Shown: positions 50,699 through 62,742, counted from the first letter of the whole stretch. The stretch is 62,820 nt of DNA, filler included, from Globobulimina sp. (GCA_003354225.1; 27 parts of 27 records of this genome joined end to end with filler, not necessarily neighbours in it); one strand, 5' to 3'. The notes: a model not told the origin generated them from the sequence alone. Numbers and translations: made by a program.

Positions 50699-51277
50699 GG
50701 TCCACACCTAATTTAAAAGAATTGGCACCACAGAGTCCAAACAAAAATTAGGAGAGAGAGTACGTGCTGCTCGCAAGAAATTGAATGATGACAAGAAATT
50801 TGGTCAATTTATTTCAAGCATGTTCTTCTAATTATTAATGGATTGGAGTGTATTGTGGGAGAAATAAATGAAACCTACACCTATGGAGATAAGATTGTAT
50901 AAATCATAAATGTTTTCCCAACAAGTATATGGATGTTGAAAACAAAAGAATTGAGTGATATCGCCAATAATATCATATGTCAAAAGATTCTATTTATAAC
51001 CATTTAGAATATCATCCAAAATGGAAAGAATTATTATATATAAAAAAGTTGGTTCATTTTAGAGATGAAAGAAGAAGATGAATCATCACAGGATCTATCA
51101 TTCACAAATTATGGAGCACAAAAAATATCTGACTTTCCAGACTAAAATATCTGACTTTTTCGAGATTACTGAGGATANNNNNNNNNNNNNNNNNNNNNNN
51201 NNNNNNNNNNNNNNNNNNNNNTTAATTAATTAANNNNNNNNNNNNNNNNNNNNNNNNNNNNNNNNNNNNNNNNNNNN

Positions 51278-51780
51278 ATTCATCATTAATAGTGGATGAA
51301 AACGTTATGGAAGAAGTGAAAGAAGAAATATTAACTACGGATAATGGGCAGTTAGAAGGGATTGAGGTGGATTTAAATGATATACAGGTTGTGGCAAATG
51401 GTGATGACGTATCCCGAGAGAATCTGGAGAGTGGCAAAATGAGTACAGATTGGACATTTGAGGAAGAATCGTCATTGGTGCAAGAGGTTGGATTGTATTT
51501 GAAAGTTAATATGATGAACGTGAAGGAAATGAGCAAACAGGATTGGAAAGCGATTGCAGGTCAACATAATGAAAACTTTTGGGAAAATACTGGTTTTAAA
51601 GGGAGATTATATAAAGACTGTAAGTCACGGTATAAGAAAGTAGGGAGTTTATTACATGCAAATGATGGATATGATAAGAATACGCCTCAAACAGATGGAG
51701 ATGACCAAATGAGAGATTATAATATGATTCATCAGTCAGCACAATATCAAGTTGTTTCTGATCATGATAATTTTGTGTAA
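51278..51780 (+). CDS. Myb/SANT-like domain protein, 5' partial
   Basis: WTFEEESSLV...DWKAIA...RLYKDCKSRY. Confidence 0.6.
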
Positions 51781-51902
51781 TGTTATAAATAATAATTCAT
51801 ATAAATCAAGATTGTAACATAGTAGTGCTTTAATTAATTTTAATTTTTAGATGTTTACTCAGTTGAACATGTACAAATTAAAGAGTTAGAAACATTTAAA
51901 TC

Positions 51903-52790
51903 ATGGACAACTTTTATTCATGGTTTGAAAACACAACAAAATCCTCTTTTTTAACTATAAAACCATTCAAGTATATTTTAATTCCATCAATTGGGATTTC
52001 GCTATACTTGGGTTTCAAGAAACGGACGTTTGTAAAAGCAGTAATCAACACTGGAATTGAACTCATCGTTTCATCCTTCGCAATTCCATTGGCCTATATT
52101 ATACCTGGAGTGCAAAGGAAAATTGAACGCGATTATGGTACTACATTGGATGTTAGTTTTTCTGCATTTTATTATTTAGCAAAACAAGTATGGTTCAGAT
52201 TAAAACGATCATGGAATGAAATTGAAATAAATGACTATATTTCTGATACAGTAATGGTATATACACACAATGGATATTATACCAGTTTAAATCAATTAAT
52301 ATCTCCAATCAATAGAATAAAGAAAAAGAGTCCGCCATTTACATGTTTAATATTTGGTTCTTGTTCGTGACCACCTTTTATGAGGGACTTACGCGAATTA
52401 TATGAGTTATATTGTAAATATAAACAACGATGTAATTTCATAATAATTTACGTTCAAGAAGCACATGCAGAAAATGAATGGATTTTGAAAAGAAATGTGA
52501 AAAACCATATTAATATCAAACAGCATGAAAAAATCAATGATAAATTGGATGCATGCAAAGAATTAATACGTTTGTGGTCAAAGCAAGTGGGCAGTGTTAA
52601 AACAGCCATAAATGAAAATAAATTGCAAATATTATGCGATGATATTAATGGTAATTTAGAAAAAACATTTAATGCATCTCCTGAGCGTATCGTCATTGTG
52701 GATGAAAATAAGAAAGTTGTAATGAAAGGTGGGTACGGTCCAGCTAGTTGTGATATAAATATAATTGATAAATTCTTTCAAAATGTATAG
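51903..52790 (+). CDS. Iodothyronine deiodinase-family selenoprotein (295 aa; Sec codon TGA at 52368-52370)
   Basis: In-frame read-through gives LIFGSCS-U-PPF, then IIYVQEAHAENEW and ASPERIVIVD...KGGYGP, all deiodinase signature motifs. Confidence 0.92.
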
Positions 52791-53606
52791 TAAATTCTTT
52801 CAAAATACAATTGCAATATTTAATTGAATGATTGATGTGGTGATTATGTCTGTTAAAATGGCATATGAATTTTCTTATATATCGTTTGATGGATGTTTGT
52901 GTTTGTAATGTTTGAAATCTTAAAGTTTTGAAGAAGAAACGTTTCGAAGTCACTTAAACTCAATTTGATTACATGGGTGTTTGTTTTGGCAATAAATCGG
53001 TCAATGTAAATGCTTATACTCATTCTTTTTCACCACAAAAAATCAATTATTGGTTTTTAATGATGATATTAATTGACAACAAAGATAATTTAACGTGACA
53101 TAGTTAAATGACAACATGATGATGCCATATCCGACCGATCTATACACAAATTAATATCCAGAATGAATTTGTCATTCAACAGATTTCACATAAAGCAATT
53201 TTAACAATTAATTAGTGGCATCATCTAACAACCAATTTGTCAATAATATTGATAAAAGCACAAAAACAGTCCATAGCTATATATCTGTCAATTAATACCA
53301 TCATGAAAAACATAATAAAACAAGGAAGCAACACATGCATCGAAGAAGAATGACTCAATCAAATTGGAAGAAACCCCGGCAAAACAAAAACCAAAATCAA
53401 AACCAAAATCAAAACCAAAACCAAAACCACTGCAACAAAAAGACACAACAAAAAGCCACAAACCAAACCCTAAAAAGCTGAAAAAAGCAAAAGTATTATC
53501 CAATGANNNNNNNNNNNNNNNNNNNNNNNNNNNNNNNNNNNNNNNNNNNNTTAATTAATTAANNNNNNNNNNNNNNNNNNNNNNNNNNNNNNNNNNNNNN
53601 NNNNNN

Positions 53607-54711
53607 ATTTACTTTGCTTTCAACTGTAGCTGAATGCATAGGTAACAATTCCACGGACTTCTTAGTTGTTGGTAAAATGGACGATATTATTATTACACTG
53701 TTATTAGTTTCGCCACCTTTATTTTCTGTATGTTCTGAATTTGATTTTGATTTCTCTGTACTTTCGCCAGTACTGCTTTTTTGCTCAATTCGATGCGTTT
53801 CTTTTTTTGCAAAATAGTGATGAATGCAATGGCATGATTTACGATATTGAGAATCATTAGACACAAATAATAAAAATAAGCAGACTGCACTGACAGTACA
53901 ATCAACCACAGTCCAAAATATACCTTATATAAATAGAATGTGTTTATATCCGTATACAAAGCAGAAAGTACAAACCAGCGGGATGCCATTCAGAGCGCGT
54001 AAAGCCGTATTCGACCAGAAGCCATGTACAAAATAACACGACTGACGAACCAATCGATATTGGTATCAATATGCTGGATTTTAATATAATATGAATCATA
54101 TCCGGGTCAATCGCCGTAGCAAACATCAAGGCCTCCACCCTACGTATGAATAATATGCATAATAACACTGATAAACAGAAATAGAGTGCTATCCAGATAA
54201 TGGCAATGATTTCAAAGATATACCAGAGCTCAAAAATTCGACTACTTGACACAAAGCAATAAAATAAAGTAAATATAAAGCAGACTGCACGCAATAATTT
54301 AATAACATGCGGTGGATATGCCAGCGGCGTGTGGCTGACCACGCCGTCAATGCGTAGCGTAAAAATAATAAGCATTAAGGTCTGACATCCGAGATATAAA
54401 CAAAGCGTTAATTTCGAACATATATCCACTGCATATAATCGATGATTGAAGTCAGAATAAATTAAAACCATCACTGTCGTTGCAATACTTAATATGGATG
54501 ATATCGGCAGGATAAAATTAGTCAGGGCGCTGATGATCACTATGTTGGAGGTACGCGCCGTATGTTCACGTAGATGTTGTCGAAACTTTGGAAATAACAA
54601 TATAGCCAATACAACCTGACCGATTGTTAAAACCACCATCAGTCCAACTAATAGCCAATCACTGGGATCAGCGTAAACTTTGGTATGATCTGGAAATCCA
54701 TGATGTTCCAT
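53607..54711 (-). CDS. 7TM GPCR-like membrane protein; intron 53924-53975; 3' partial
   Basis: Seven hydrophobic helices after splicing (...HPAG/IFWTVVDCTVSAVCLFLLF...YRKSCHCIH). Confidence 0.7.
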
Positions 54712-54770
54712 TTTTTTTTAGATGGGAAAATTTAAAGTGAAAAATTGTTTGATTAAAGTAACTGTAAACC

Positions 54771-55835
54771 ATGGCGCCCTCAACTCAACCTAACTTAATC
54801 CCTGATGCATTACCATTGCCTCAACCGCATCTAATGGTGGCAGCAACTCCACCATCAACACCATTTGTTGCCTTACCAGCGGGACATCATCAACCAATGC
54901 CACCACCACCAGAAATGCAATCATTAATGGACAAAACTGCAAATAAAACCGTACACTCACAAAACGCATTCGAATTTGAGGACCTAATTCGTCGAAAACA
55001 AGCGTCAAACCCTCAATTTGCATTTTTATTTCGTGGACATCCATGGAACCATTATTATGAATGGAAAAAAGTAACACTTCAACAACAATTACAAATGCAA
55101 CAAAATAAAAACAATAACAACCCCAAAGACGACAAAAACAACGAATCCAAACCAAATGAGAATGCTAAGACCGCTACATCGCAGCCAACAGACCTTCCAA
55201 ATGTTAAGCCACACAGTGCAAGGATCAATGTATGACAATATGATTCAATCTGTTTTTGTGTTTTGGTTATAACGTATACAGATCAAAGAGTTAAATGTGA
55301 TCTTATCAGAATTAAACGGCAGTAATCATAGTATAAATAGTGCGTGTAAATGGATCATTGATCATAAGGATTGTCCAAAACAGGTCTGCGATGAATTAAA
55401 ATCCTATTTCCTTACAAATCTGATGAACCACAAAGACCCAAACATATTTGATAAAAAGTTGTATATATTATTCATGATCAATGATGTTTTGCATCAAGCC
55501 TTAAAAACAAGAATATCCATTGATAAAATTGACCCATTATCGCACCATTTATCCACTATTTTATTTACTGTTTTGCCCAATGCATATCAGACATATTCAG
55601 CGCAACAACAACAAAAAGTGATGTCATTATTGAATCTATGGTCGGAACGGAGTATATTTAATATTGCATTGACACAGCAATTGAAAGATGCGATGGTTGG
55701 CGTTGGTAATGTAAACAATCAGAATAGTTCTGAACAGTCACAATCACAAACAACATATCTGACTCGCACACATATACCGCCACCACCAATAAATCCATTA
55801 AGACCACCACCTCCGCCCCATCCATACCAATGGCC
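54771..55835 (+). CDS. SURP plus CID domain splicing factor (CHERP-like); intron 55230-55281; 3' partial
   Basis: MDKTA...FEDLIRRKQASNPQFAFL...YYEWK (SURP); SINSACKWI...KLYILFMINDVL...LLNLWSERSIF (CID). Confidence 0.8.
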
Positions 55836-55935
55836 NNNNNNNNNNNNNNNNNNNNNNNNNNNNNNNNNNNNNNNNNNNNTTAATTAATTAANNNNNNNNN
55901 NNNNNNNNNNNNNNNNNNNNNNNNNNNNNNNNNNN

Positions 55936-56067
55936 TAAAGATAATAAAACACCAACACCAACACCAATCAATCCATTTGTACCCATTGTAGTCCCTATAT
56001 TCTTCCAATTATCACCCAATGTAAATTCATTTGGTATTTCAGAGCTAGTTTGACTTTCATCCGCCAT
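55936..56067 (-). CDS. MICOS subunit Mic10-like, 3' partial (absent from the ORF track)
   Basis: MADESQTSSEIPNEFTLGDNWKNIGTTMGTNGLIGVGVGVLLSL: an E..LG..W pattern followed by a GxGxG TM motif. Confidence 0.55.
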
Positions 56068-56138
56068 CTTGTTAGTTCACTACACTGAGCAAATAAAAAA
56101 AACAGTTTAAATAAATCTTTTAGCACAAATTAATATCA

Positions 56139-57635
56139 ATGTCATCCGTTAATATCACGCAACGGATAGATGACTTAATAGCTGTATTTACGGAGTCTTA
56201 CGGTAATAAAACAATATGTGGTGACATCACAACACAATTTCTGAATGAATTGGACAGTTCAACCGCAGATAATTATGAATTAAATATGAACATTACGACA
56301 CGCTATAAATTATTGGATGCAGCAATAACGCGTCAATCAGCATTAAATAATACGGGAAATGGAGTTTATTCATTTGAAGTTAAGCAAAGTGAATGTGAAC
56401 CTGTTTCAAATCAAAACAGTACAGGAACCTGTTGGTTATATGCTACATTGAATGTGCTACGCAAACCATTTATGGATAAATATAATTTAAAAACATTTGA
56501 ATTCAGTGCACAATATTTATTTTTTTGGCATAAATATGAATTAACAAACTTTTGGTTAGAATCTATTATATCCACTGTAGATTTACCATTACATTCAAAA
56601 TTAATTCAATATTTATTGCATAAAGGATGTGAAGATGGTTCACAGTTTGATTCGGCAGTGAATTTAATTGAAAAATACGGTTTAATGCCAGCTATTTGTA
56701 ACAACAATGCATTGTTTGCCGAGGAAAACGAAGTTAAAGTTAAAAAACGTTCGTTTGAAATGAATCAAATATTAAATAGAAAATTGCGAGAATATGCATT
56801 AATTTTACGGCAAAAATATCAACAAAATAAGGAAAAAAATGAAAATATTTTATTTGAATTACGAAAAATAAAAAAATGTCAAATGAATGAGGTTTATAGA
56901 ATATTAGTTATTAATTTTGGCAAAATTGTTACTGAGTTTAATTGGAAATATAATGATAACAAAAATAACTTTTGCAGCGTTGATAATATTTCTCCAATTG
57001 ATTTTTATAGAAAATATGTGAAACCATGTTATAATATCAATAATTTAATATCATTGATCAATGATCCTCGCCATGAATATTATAAATGTTTGACAGTGGA
57101 TTATTATGGAAATGTTATCAATGGAAAACGAAAAGAAATTAAATATATCAATGTTCCCATGGATATACTAAAAAAATATACAATTCAAATGTTAAAAGAT
57201 AACAAAGCGTGTTGGTTTGCATGTGATGTTCGCTTATATTATTATGAGAAATTTGGAAGTTTGGATGCAACACAATTTAATTTCAATAAATTACTCGCGA
57301 TTTCTGATAAGAAAGAGTTTATAAATATGACTAAAAAAGATAATTTAGAATATGCTGCTTCATGCAATTCACATTCAATGGTTATTGTTGGATTTGATAC
57401 AAATGATGCAAAAACAGAGGAGGATGCTATTTATAGTAATATAAAAAGATGGAAAGTCGAGAATAGCTGGGGAAAGAAAAGAGGGAATAAAGGTTATGTG
57501 ATGATGACTGATGCCTGGTTTGATAAGTTTACATATCAAGTACTTGTCGAAAACAATAAATTAACAAAAGATATTGTGGATGTGTTGCAAGCTGAACCCA
57601 TTGTATTGCCTCGATGGGACCCTTTTGCACAATAA
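56139..57635 (+). CDS. BLMH: Bleomycin hydrolase / aminopeptidase C (peptidase C1B)
   Basis: NQNSTGTCWLYA, FEFSAQYLFFW, HSMVIVG, WKVENSWG and C-terminal LPRWDPFA. Confidence 0.93.
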   Translation: MSSVNITQRIDDLIAVFTESYGNKTICGDITTQFLNELDSSTADNYELNMNITTRYKLLDAAITRQSALNNTGNGVYSFEVKQSECEPVSNQNSTGTCWLYATLNVLRKPFMDKYNLKTFEFSAQYLFFWHKYELTNFWLESIISTVDLPLHSKLIQYLLHKGCEDGSQFDSAVNLIEKYGLMPAICNNNALFAEENEVKVKKRSFEMNQILNRKLREYALILRQKYQQNKEKNENILFELRKIKKCQMNEVYRILVINFGKIVTEFNWKYNDNKNNFCSVDNISPIDFYRKYVKPCYNINNLISLINDPRHEYYKCLTVDYYGNVINGKRKEIKYINVPMDILKKYTIQMLKDNKACWFACDVRLYYYEKFGSLDATQFNFNKLLAISDKKEFINMTKKDNLEYAASCNSHSMVIVGFDTNDAKTEEDAIYSNIKRWKVENSWGKKRGNKGYVMMTDAWFDKFTYQVLVENNKLTKDIVDVLQAEPIVLPRWDPFAQ

Positions 57636-57708
57636 GACATGTAAAGTAATGCCCACTTGAATGATTGAATAAAAATAGTGTCAAACAAAAACAGAAAACA
57701 GTTCGAAT

Positions 57709-58065
57709 TCACTTCTTTTCAGGACATTTTATAGATATCCAATGCAATATGACTTCCACCATATACATGATTTGTTGCTTGGTCAACACTTTGCCCATTG
57801 GTATGCAGTGCCATTTGGAGAGGCAGGTCCTGCAACAGGTGGCAGTCGCATGTTGTGCGATGAATACAGGATGGCCTCTCATCGGGGTCTGCTTGCCATC
57901 ATTGACTGGATACGCAGACGAGAGTCGATTACGTATGAAATCAAATGCGTGCGACTCCACATCCTTTGTATGCACAATATTGATTTCCAAATTATTCAAT
58001 TTGAACTTGGAGCGAAATTTGCTATGCGATAATCTTTGAAATAGCACTTTGAGAGATAATGGCAT
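57709..58065 (-). CDS. DUF4186 family protein
   Basis: LFQRLSHSKFRSKFKL...NDGKQTPMRGHPVFIAQHATATCCRTCLSKWH. Confidence 0.88.
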   Translation of the reverse strand: MPLSLKVLFQRLSHSKFRSKFKLNNLEINIVHTKDVESHAFDFIRNRLSSAYPVNDGKQTPMRGHPVFIAQHATATCCRTCLSKWHCIPMGKVLTKQQIMYMVEVILHWISIKCPEKK

Positions 58066-58264
58066 CCATAGTCGAGCTCTTTGACCGTTATTTTTTGTAT
58101 ATTTTGCATGTTTTTTGTATTTTTTATATTGTTTTTTGCTTTTTTTGTGATTGGATTGTAACGANNNNNNNNNNNNNNNNNNNNNNNNNNNNNNNNNNNN
58201 NNNNNNNNTTAATTAATTAANNNNNNNNNNNNNNNNNNNNNNNNNNNNNNNNNNNNNNNNNNNN

Positions 58265-58711
58265 CAATGGAAAAATAAATATAATTTATGTATACAAGAC
58301 AATATGTCACAAATTCAATTAAAAAATGAAGAAATAAATGATTCGAGTCAGCAATATAATGCATTAAAACACAAATATAACATTTTAGCGAAATTAAAAT
58401 CTCAACAAGATGAATATGCGAAATCCGCATCGGAATTACAAAAACAACTAATGAATGAAACTGCAGATTTAAAATCCAAATTCATCGAAAATGAACAAAA
58501 TTGTGATGATCTTAAAAAAGAAAATTTAATATTAAAACAAGAGAAAGATAAGCGACAAATGCAAGATTCACATGTTTCAACATTTATATATCGATCGGGA
58601 AGTGTTATTTTGAGCTCTTTGTTTGGTGCTACATTTATGTATTGGTATATTAGGAAATATAAATTGTATAAAAAAACTATATTACATTATGTCCCGAGTT
58701 TTTGGAGATAA
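58265..58711 (+). CDS. Coiled-coil tail-anchored protein, possibly 5' partial
   Basis: Heptad-rich region with a C-terminal hydrophobic helix. Confidence 0.45.
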   Translation, partial: QWKNKYNLCIQDNMSQIQLKNEEINDSSQQYNALKHKYNILAKLKSQQDEYAKSASELQKQLMNETADLKSKFIENEQNCDDLKKENLILKQEKDKRQMQDSHVSTFIYRSGSVILSSLFGATFMYWYIRKYKLYKKTILHYVPSFWR

Positions 58712-59098
58712 TTATGGTTGGAAAACCTTATCTTATCAACACCTTCATGCTCAATTTCACCGCCATGACCAGTGCAGTTTTGGCTTTCATTGTTTTGTGT
58801 GTGTTTGTGTGTGTCATAGTATTTAAGATCGATGGAGTTCGCCGTTACTATAAAAGCTTGCAAATATTCTTGAACATCACCATTCACCAATATGATTTTA
58901 ATACTACATACATTTTGTATGACTACAGACAGGGATATGCTAACAAAGAAGAAAAATAACAAGTTCAACATTACAAAACGATTTAAAAATTGCATGATCA
59001 TTGTTGTATTTAATTAGCAAAGCACATAATCAAACAATAAAACAACAAAAAAAACAAAAAATATAGAATAATAAAAATAACATCATGATGAAAAATAA

Positions 59099-60492
59099 TT
59101 ATAAATATTTTAGACCATGTAATTGTATCCCATATCTTTCCAATTGATGAGCCATTTCATTTGTTAATAATCCATATAAATCGGCAATGTGTTTAAATAT
59201 TTGTTGATGATCACATTCATCAATGTTATTCCGATAAATATCGTGTCTCCATCTCATTTGAACACTTTTGTAATCCAATAATAATGGATTCTTATTATCA
59301 CTTTCAATCGATCGGAATATCCGTTTAATTCCACCTTCATTCTCCAATTTAAAAATTTGAAACTCTGTTTTTTTCACAAATTTTTGTATAAAATCACCGG
59401 TGTCGACAAAACATTCTTTCCTAAATTGATAATACCCACAAATCTTTACCTCACAATGTGTACAATGCGTGTTGGATCCACCAGATGTCACTGTTATTGC
59501 TGGTCCGCAAATATTATAATTTATATCATATGGCTCATATTTGCGGCATATATTATTATTCATAATACACTTTATCTCGACATTATTGCTGAAACTCTCA
59601 ATCAATTTGATAATACCCGATGCAATATTTATATTACAATTGCAATTAAAATAACCATGAATTAATAAATTATATCGCGATGGAATCACAAGATAACTCA
59701 ATTTCGAACAATCAAAAAATACACCATAACCTTTGTCGCAATCTGAAAAATAACATCGGTCATGAAATAATCCGTGTGTTCCTTCTGTAATACATTTATT
59801 TAATCGAATTCCATAATATATATCACCACCAATATTAACGTTAATATTTGAATGAGATTTAACTTTTGGTTTACCAATGTATTTTATAGTACCATTGCAT
59901 TTATATTCATCAATAACAATCTCATCGTTGATACCAATGCGCGGATTATCATAATTTACCTGCAAAATCCGACCAATTTGCTGCTCCGTTACAAATAATC
60001 CACCTTTTCCATATGTTTTAAAATAATATACATTATCAATATAGCCGTTATTTTGTGGGAGTGGAAATCCATTATTTCGGTTACTTTTCTGTCTCCAATG
60101 GATGATATCATCACTGTTTTTAAGTTTGTTTAACTGGATACCATAAAATATTTTACCTTCATATTTGGAAAGCTCTCCAATGAATCGAATAGTGCCATGT
60201 AAGTAGTTGTAGTTTGCAGTTAATTCAATCTCATCACCAATAGTCATACACATTGACGTATTCATATTATTCTTATAATTAACCTGTTGTTCATCATTCA
60301 ATACATTCAGGTCATACTCCTCATCGTGGCCATGATCGATATCATATATTGTTTCTAGATCCGATTCAGATGTCATCATAGAAAAAGTTAAACTTTTGCC
60401 ATTCGCAAAACTCACGATACTGTCATCGTACATATCAAGAGCGTCATCATTTGAACTGTTTTGTAAATCACTCAACAGTACAAAATTTGGAT
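59099..60492 (-). CDS. Tandem CAP-Gly domain protein, 5' partial
   Basis: GTIRFIG...FYGIQL...NNG...YF...GGLFV and GTIKYIG...YYGIRL...THG...YF...GYGVF. Confidence 0.8.
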
Positions 60493-60592
60493 NNNNNNNN
60501 NNNNNNNNNNNNNNNNNNNNNNNNNNNNNNNNNNNNTTAATTAATTAANNNNNNNNNNNNNNNNNNNNNNNNNNNNNNNNNNNNNNNNNNNN

Positions 60593-61257
60593 TTTTTTTT
60601 AAAAATTACACCCAAAAACAATGGGGAGAGAATATAAAAGATTTATCACCTGATGTAACTGCAAGAATTCCCATAAGATTTAACCGGGATGATCGTTTTT
60701 TTTCTGATACTTATCAGGGGTTGCCAATAGATGGATATACAAAGATGTTTGAAAAAATGACCGATCATCCAAATATTCATATCCAATTAAACACAAATGT
60801 AAAAGAAACCATTGATGAAATAGCATATAAACGAATGATATATACCGGACCTATTGATCAGTTTTTTAATTATCAGTATGGTACCCTTCCCTACCGCGGC
60901 ATTCAATTTAAATTTGAAATGGAAAAATCTTCACAAACACTTCCGGTTGCTGTGGTTAATTTCCCCAATGAGCAGGATTACACCCGTATAACAGAATTTA
61001 AACACATGACATTACAAGATCATGATAAGACCTGCCTTTGTTATGAATATCCTGCACAAGCAAAAGCAGGTAGTAAAAGCCTTGTACCCTCATATCCGGT
61101 TTTAACCGAAGATTCTTTAAAAACCTATTCAAAATACAAAAAAGAATCCCAAAAACAGAAAAAAATTATTTTCATGGGAAGACTGGGAAAATTCGAATAT
61201 CTAAATATGGACGTTTGTGTAAAACAGGTACTGGATACCCTGAAAGACTCAAATTAA
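60593..61257 (+). CDS. glf: UDP-galactopyranose mutase, bacterial type, 5' partial
   Basis: FFKNYTQKQWG...ARIPIRFNRDDRFFSDTYQGLPIDGYT...YTGPID...LPYR...YTRITEFKH...GRLGKFEYLNMD. Confidence 0.95.
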
Positions 61258-61307
61258 TATCAAAAAAAATACTGTAAGTAATAAAAGTTTAATTTGAAAA
61301 ATGATAA

Positions 61308-62732
61308 TCATGAATCATCAACAATTAAATTCCTTAGCCAGAAAAGCTTTTTTTGTACCTTATTTGGCAGTTTTCTCCATGAAATCATCAAAAAATAAAG
61401 CATTTTATTCTTTAGAAACTTGAATAGTCGGACTATCCCCATCCGCGATCTTAAAAAAGATTTATCTCTTACTTTGTCGTACCACATTGTTTTTCGTAAA
61501 TAATACCAATAGAACTCTGACATTGGCGCATTATAGTTTACCCATGGTTTGGCCTCTTTACCCGCATAATGTATAATTTGGGGGGACTGGCATGCCTCAG
61601 ATATAGTTTTTTTCATATCATCGTCGAGCCCTTTTATTGCACTTAAGCTTTCATTAAGGACATTCCATCTTAAATCAATATACTTTACCGATCCCAAAAG
61701 AATTTTGTTTAAAACATCCTGATCAAGAAACCAGTATTTTTTCCCCCTCAGTGCATTAATACTTTTTTTATAAACCCCGTGCTTGATATATTTTTCCAAA
61801 TCAATAAGCAGGACCCCGGCCTGGAAATAATCAGTATAATTATCTCCCAAGCCAACCCACTCCATTAAATATTGCTTGGCTTTCAGTCCGCCCGCACTAT
61901 GAATTGATGGTGCCCCCGTTGCCACAAAGTGTTTCATTACAATATCAGTGGATGCAGCCAACACTTGATTATCATCTAATTGGACATCAAATAATTCACT
62001 GAGGTCTCCTAAAACAATTATATCCGAGTCCAAATATATTATTTTATTATAATCCGGCAGAATCTCACCTAGAGAGAGCCTGTAAAAAGTAGGAAGTGCA
62101 AAATGCATATGAACCGTTAAATCATTAAAGCTATTCATACAATCAATAAAAGATATTCTGCCATCCCCATGATTATAGAATTGTTTTTCCAGCAAGCGGC
62201 GATTTAACAATGAAATACCACCATCCAATATAATAAAATCAAGCAGTTTTTCACTATTCAGATTCAATTGAATTGACATCAGCATCGCAGCTAAATGTGG
62301 TACAAAATGATCATCTGAAGCCGTAACAACTGCTACAGATTGTTCTGAAACGGGTTTTATTTTATTCTTTTTTATATCTATATTTTTCACCATGATTCTA
62401 TCCAGTTCGATTATTGAATTCCCTTTACCGATAATATTCTTTTCAATATACACATTAAGCAATCGCTCAGATAAATATCCCAAGACCCTCTTAGCACTCT
62501 TAGAATAATATGTGGTGTCAATTAACTTTTCGGCCTCAAATAATATATCAAACACCCACGCACTGTAATTTTCAAAATAATCCCGTCTTAAAACAAACAT
62601 ATTATTAAAATAGCAATCCACCTTTTTAAATATTGAGTCAAAACAATCAATATATTCCGGATATTTTTTATATACTATTTCTCGAACAATACTTATGTCT
62701 TTTTCAAAATGACCGACGTCCAGCTTCAGTTG
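61308..62732 (-). CDS. DUF4422 plus GT8 glycosyltransferase (WbbM-like), 5' truncated
   Basis: HFEKDI...KYPEY...NNMFVLR...YSAWVFDIL...RVLGYLSERL (DUF4422); FYRL, YLDSD, YFQAGVLL, DQDVLN, IIHYAG..KPW (GT8). Confidence 0.9.
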   Translation of the reverse strand, partial: QLKLDVGHFEKDISIVREIVYKKYPEYIDCFDSIFKKVDCYFNNMFVLRRDYFENYSAWVFDILFEAEKLIDTTYYSKSAKRVLGYLSERLLNVYIEKNIIGKGNSIIELDRIMVKNIDIKKNKIKPVSEQSVAVVTASDDHFVPHLAAMLMSIQLNLNSEKLLDFIILDGGISLLNRRLLEKQFYNHGDGRISFIDCMNSFNDLTVHMHFALPTFYRLSLGEILPDYNKIIYLDSDIIVLGDLSELFDVQLDDNQVLAASTDIVMKHFVATGAPSIHSAGGLKAKQYLMEWVGLGDNYTDYFQAGVLLIDLEKYIKHGVYKKSINALRGKKYWFLDQDVLNKILLGSVKYIDLRWNVLNESLSAIKGLDDDMKKTISEACQSPQIIHYAGKEAKPWVNYNAPMSEFYWYYLRKTMWYDKVRDKSFLRSRMGIVRLFKFLKNKMLYFLMISWRKLPNKVQKKLFWLRNLIVDDS

Positions 62733-62742
62733 TCAAACTAAA

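Noticed and set aside
44957-52790. Apparent cluster of kinase, viperin, lectin and deiodinase as a defence island
   Set aside because: Each gene lies on a separate contig; their order reflects contig length only.
58687-59001. Overlapping small ORFs on both strands
   Set aside because: No recognisable motifs; cannot tell which, if either, is real.
2233-60592. Regularly spaced TTAATTAATTAA 'repeat array' at about 2.33-kb period
   Set aside because: It is an artificial linker inside N runs joining size-sorted contigs, not a biological repeat. ORF tails ending in X/LIN are artefacts.
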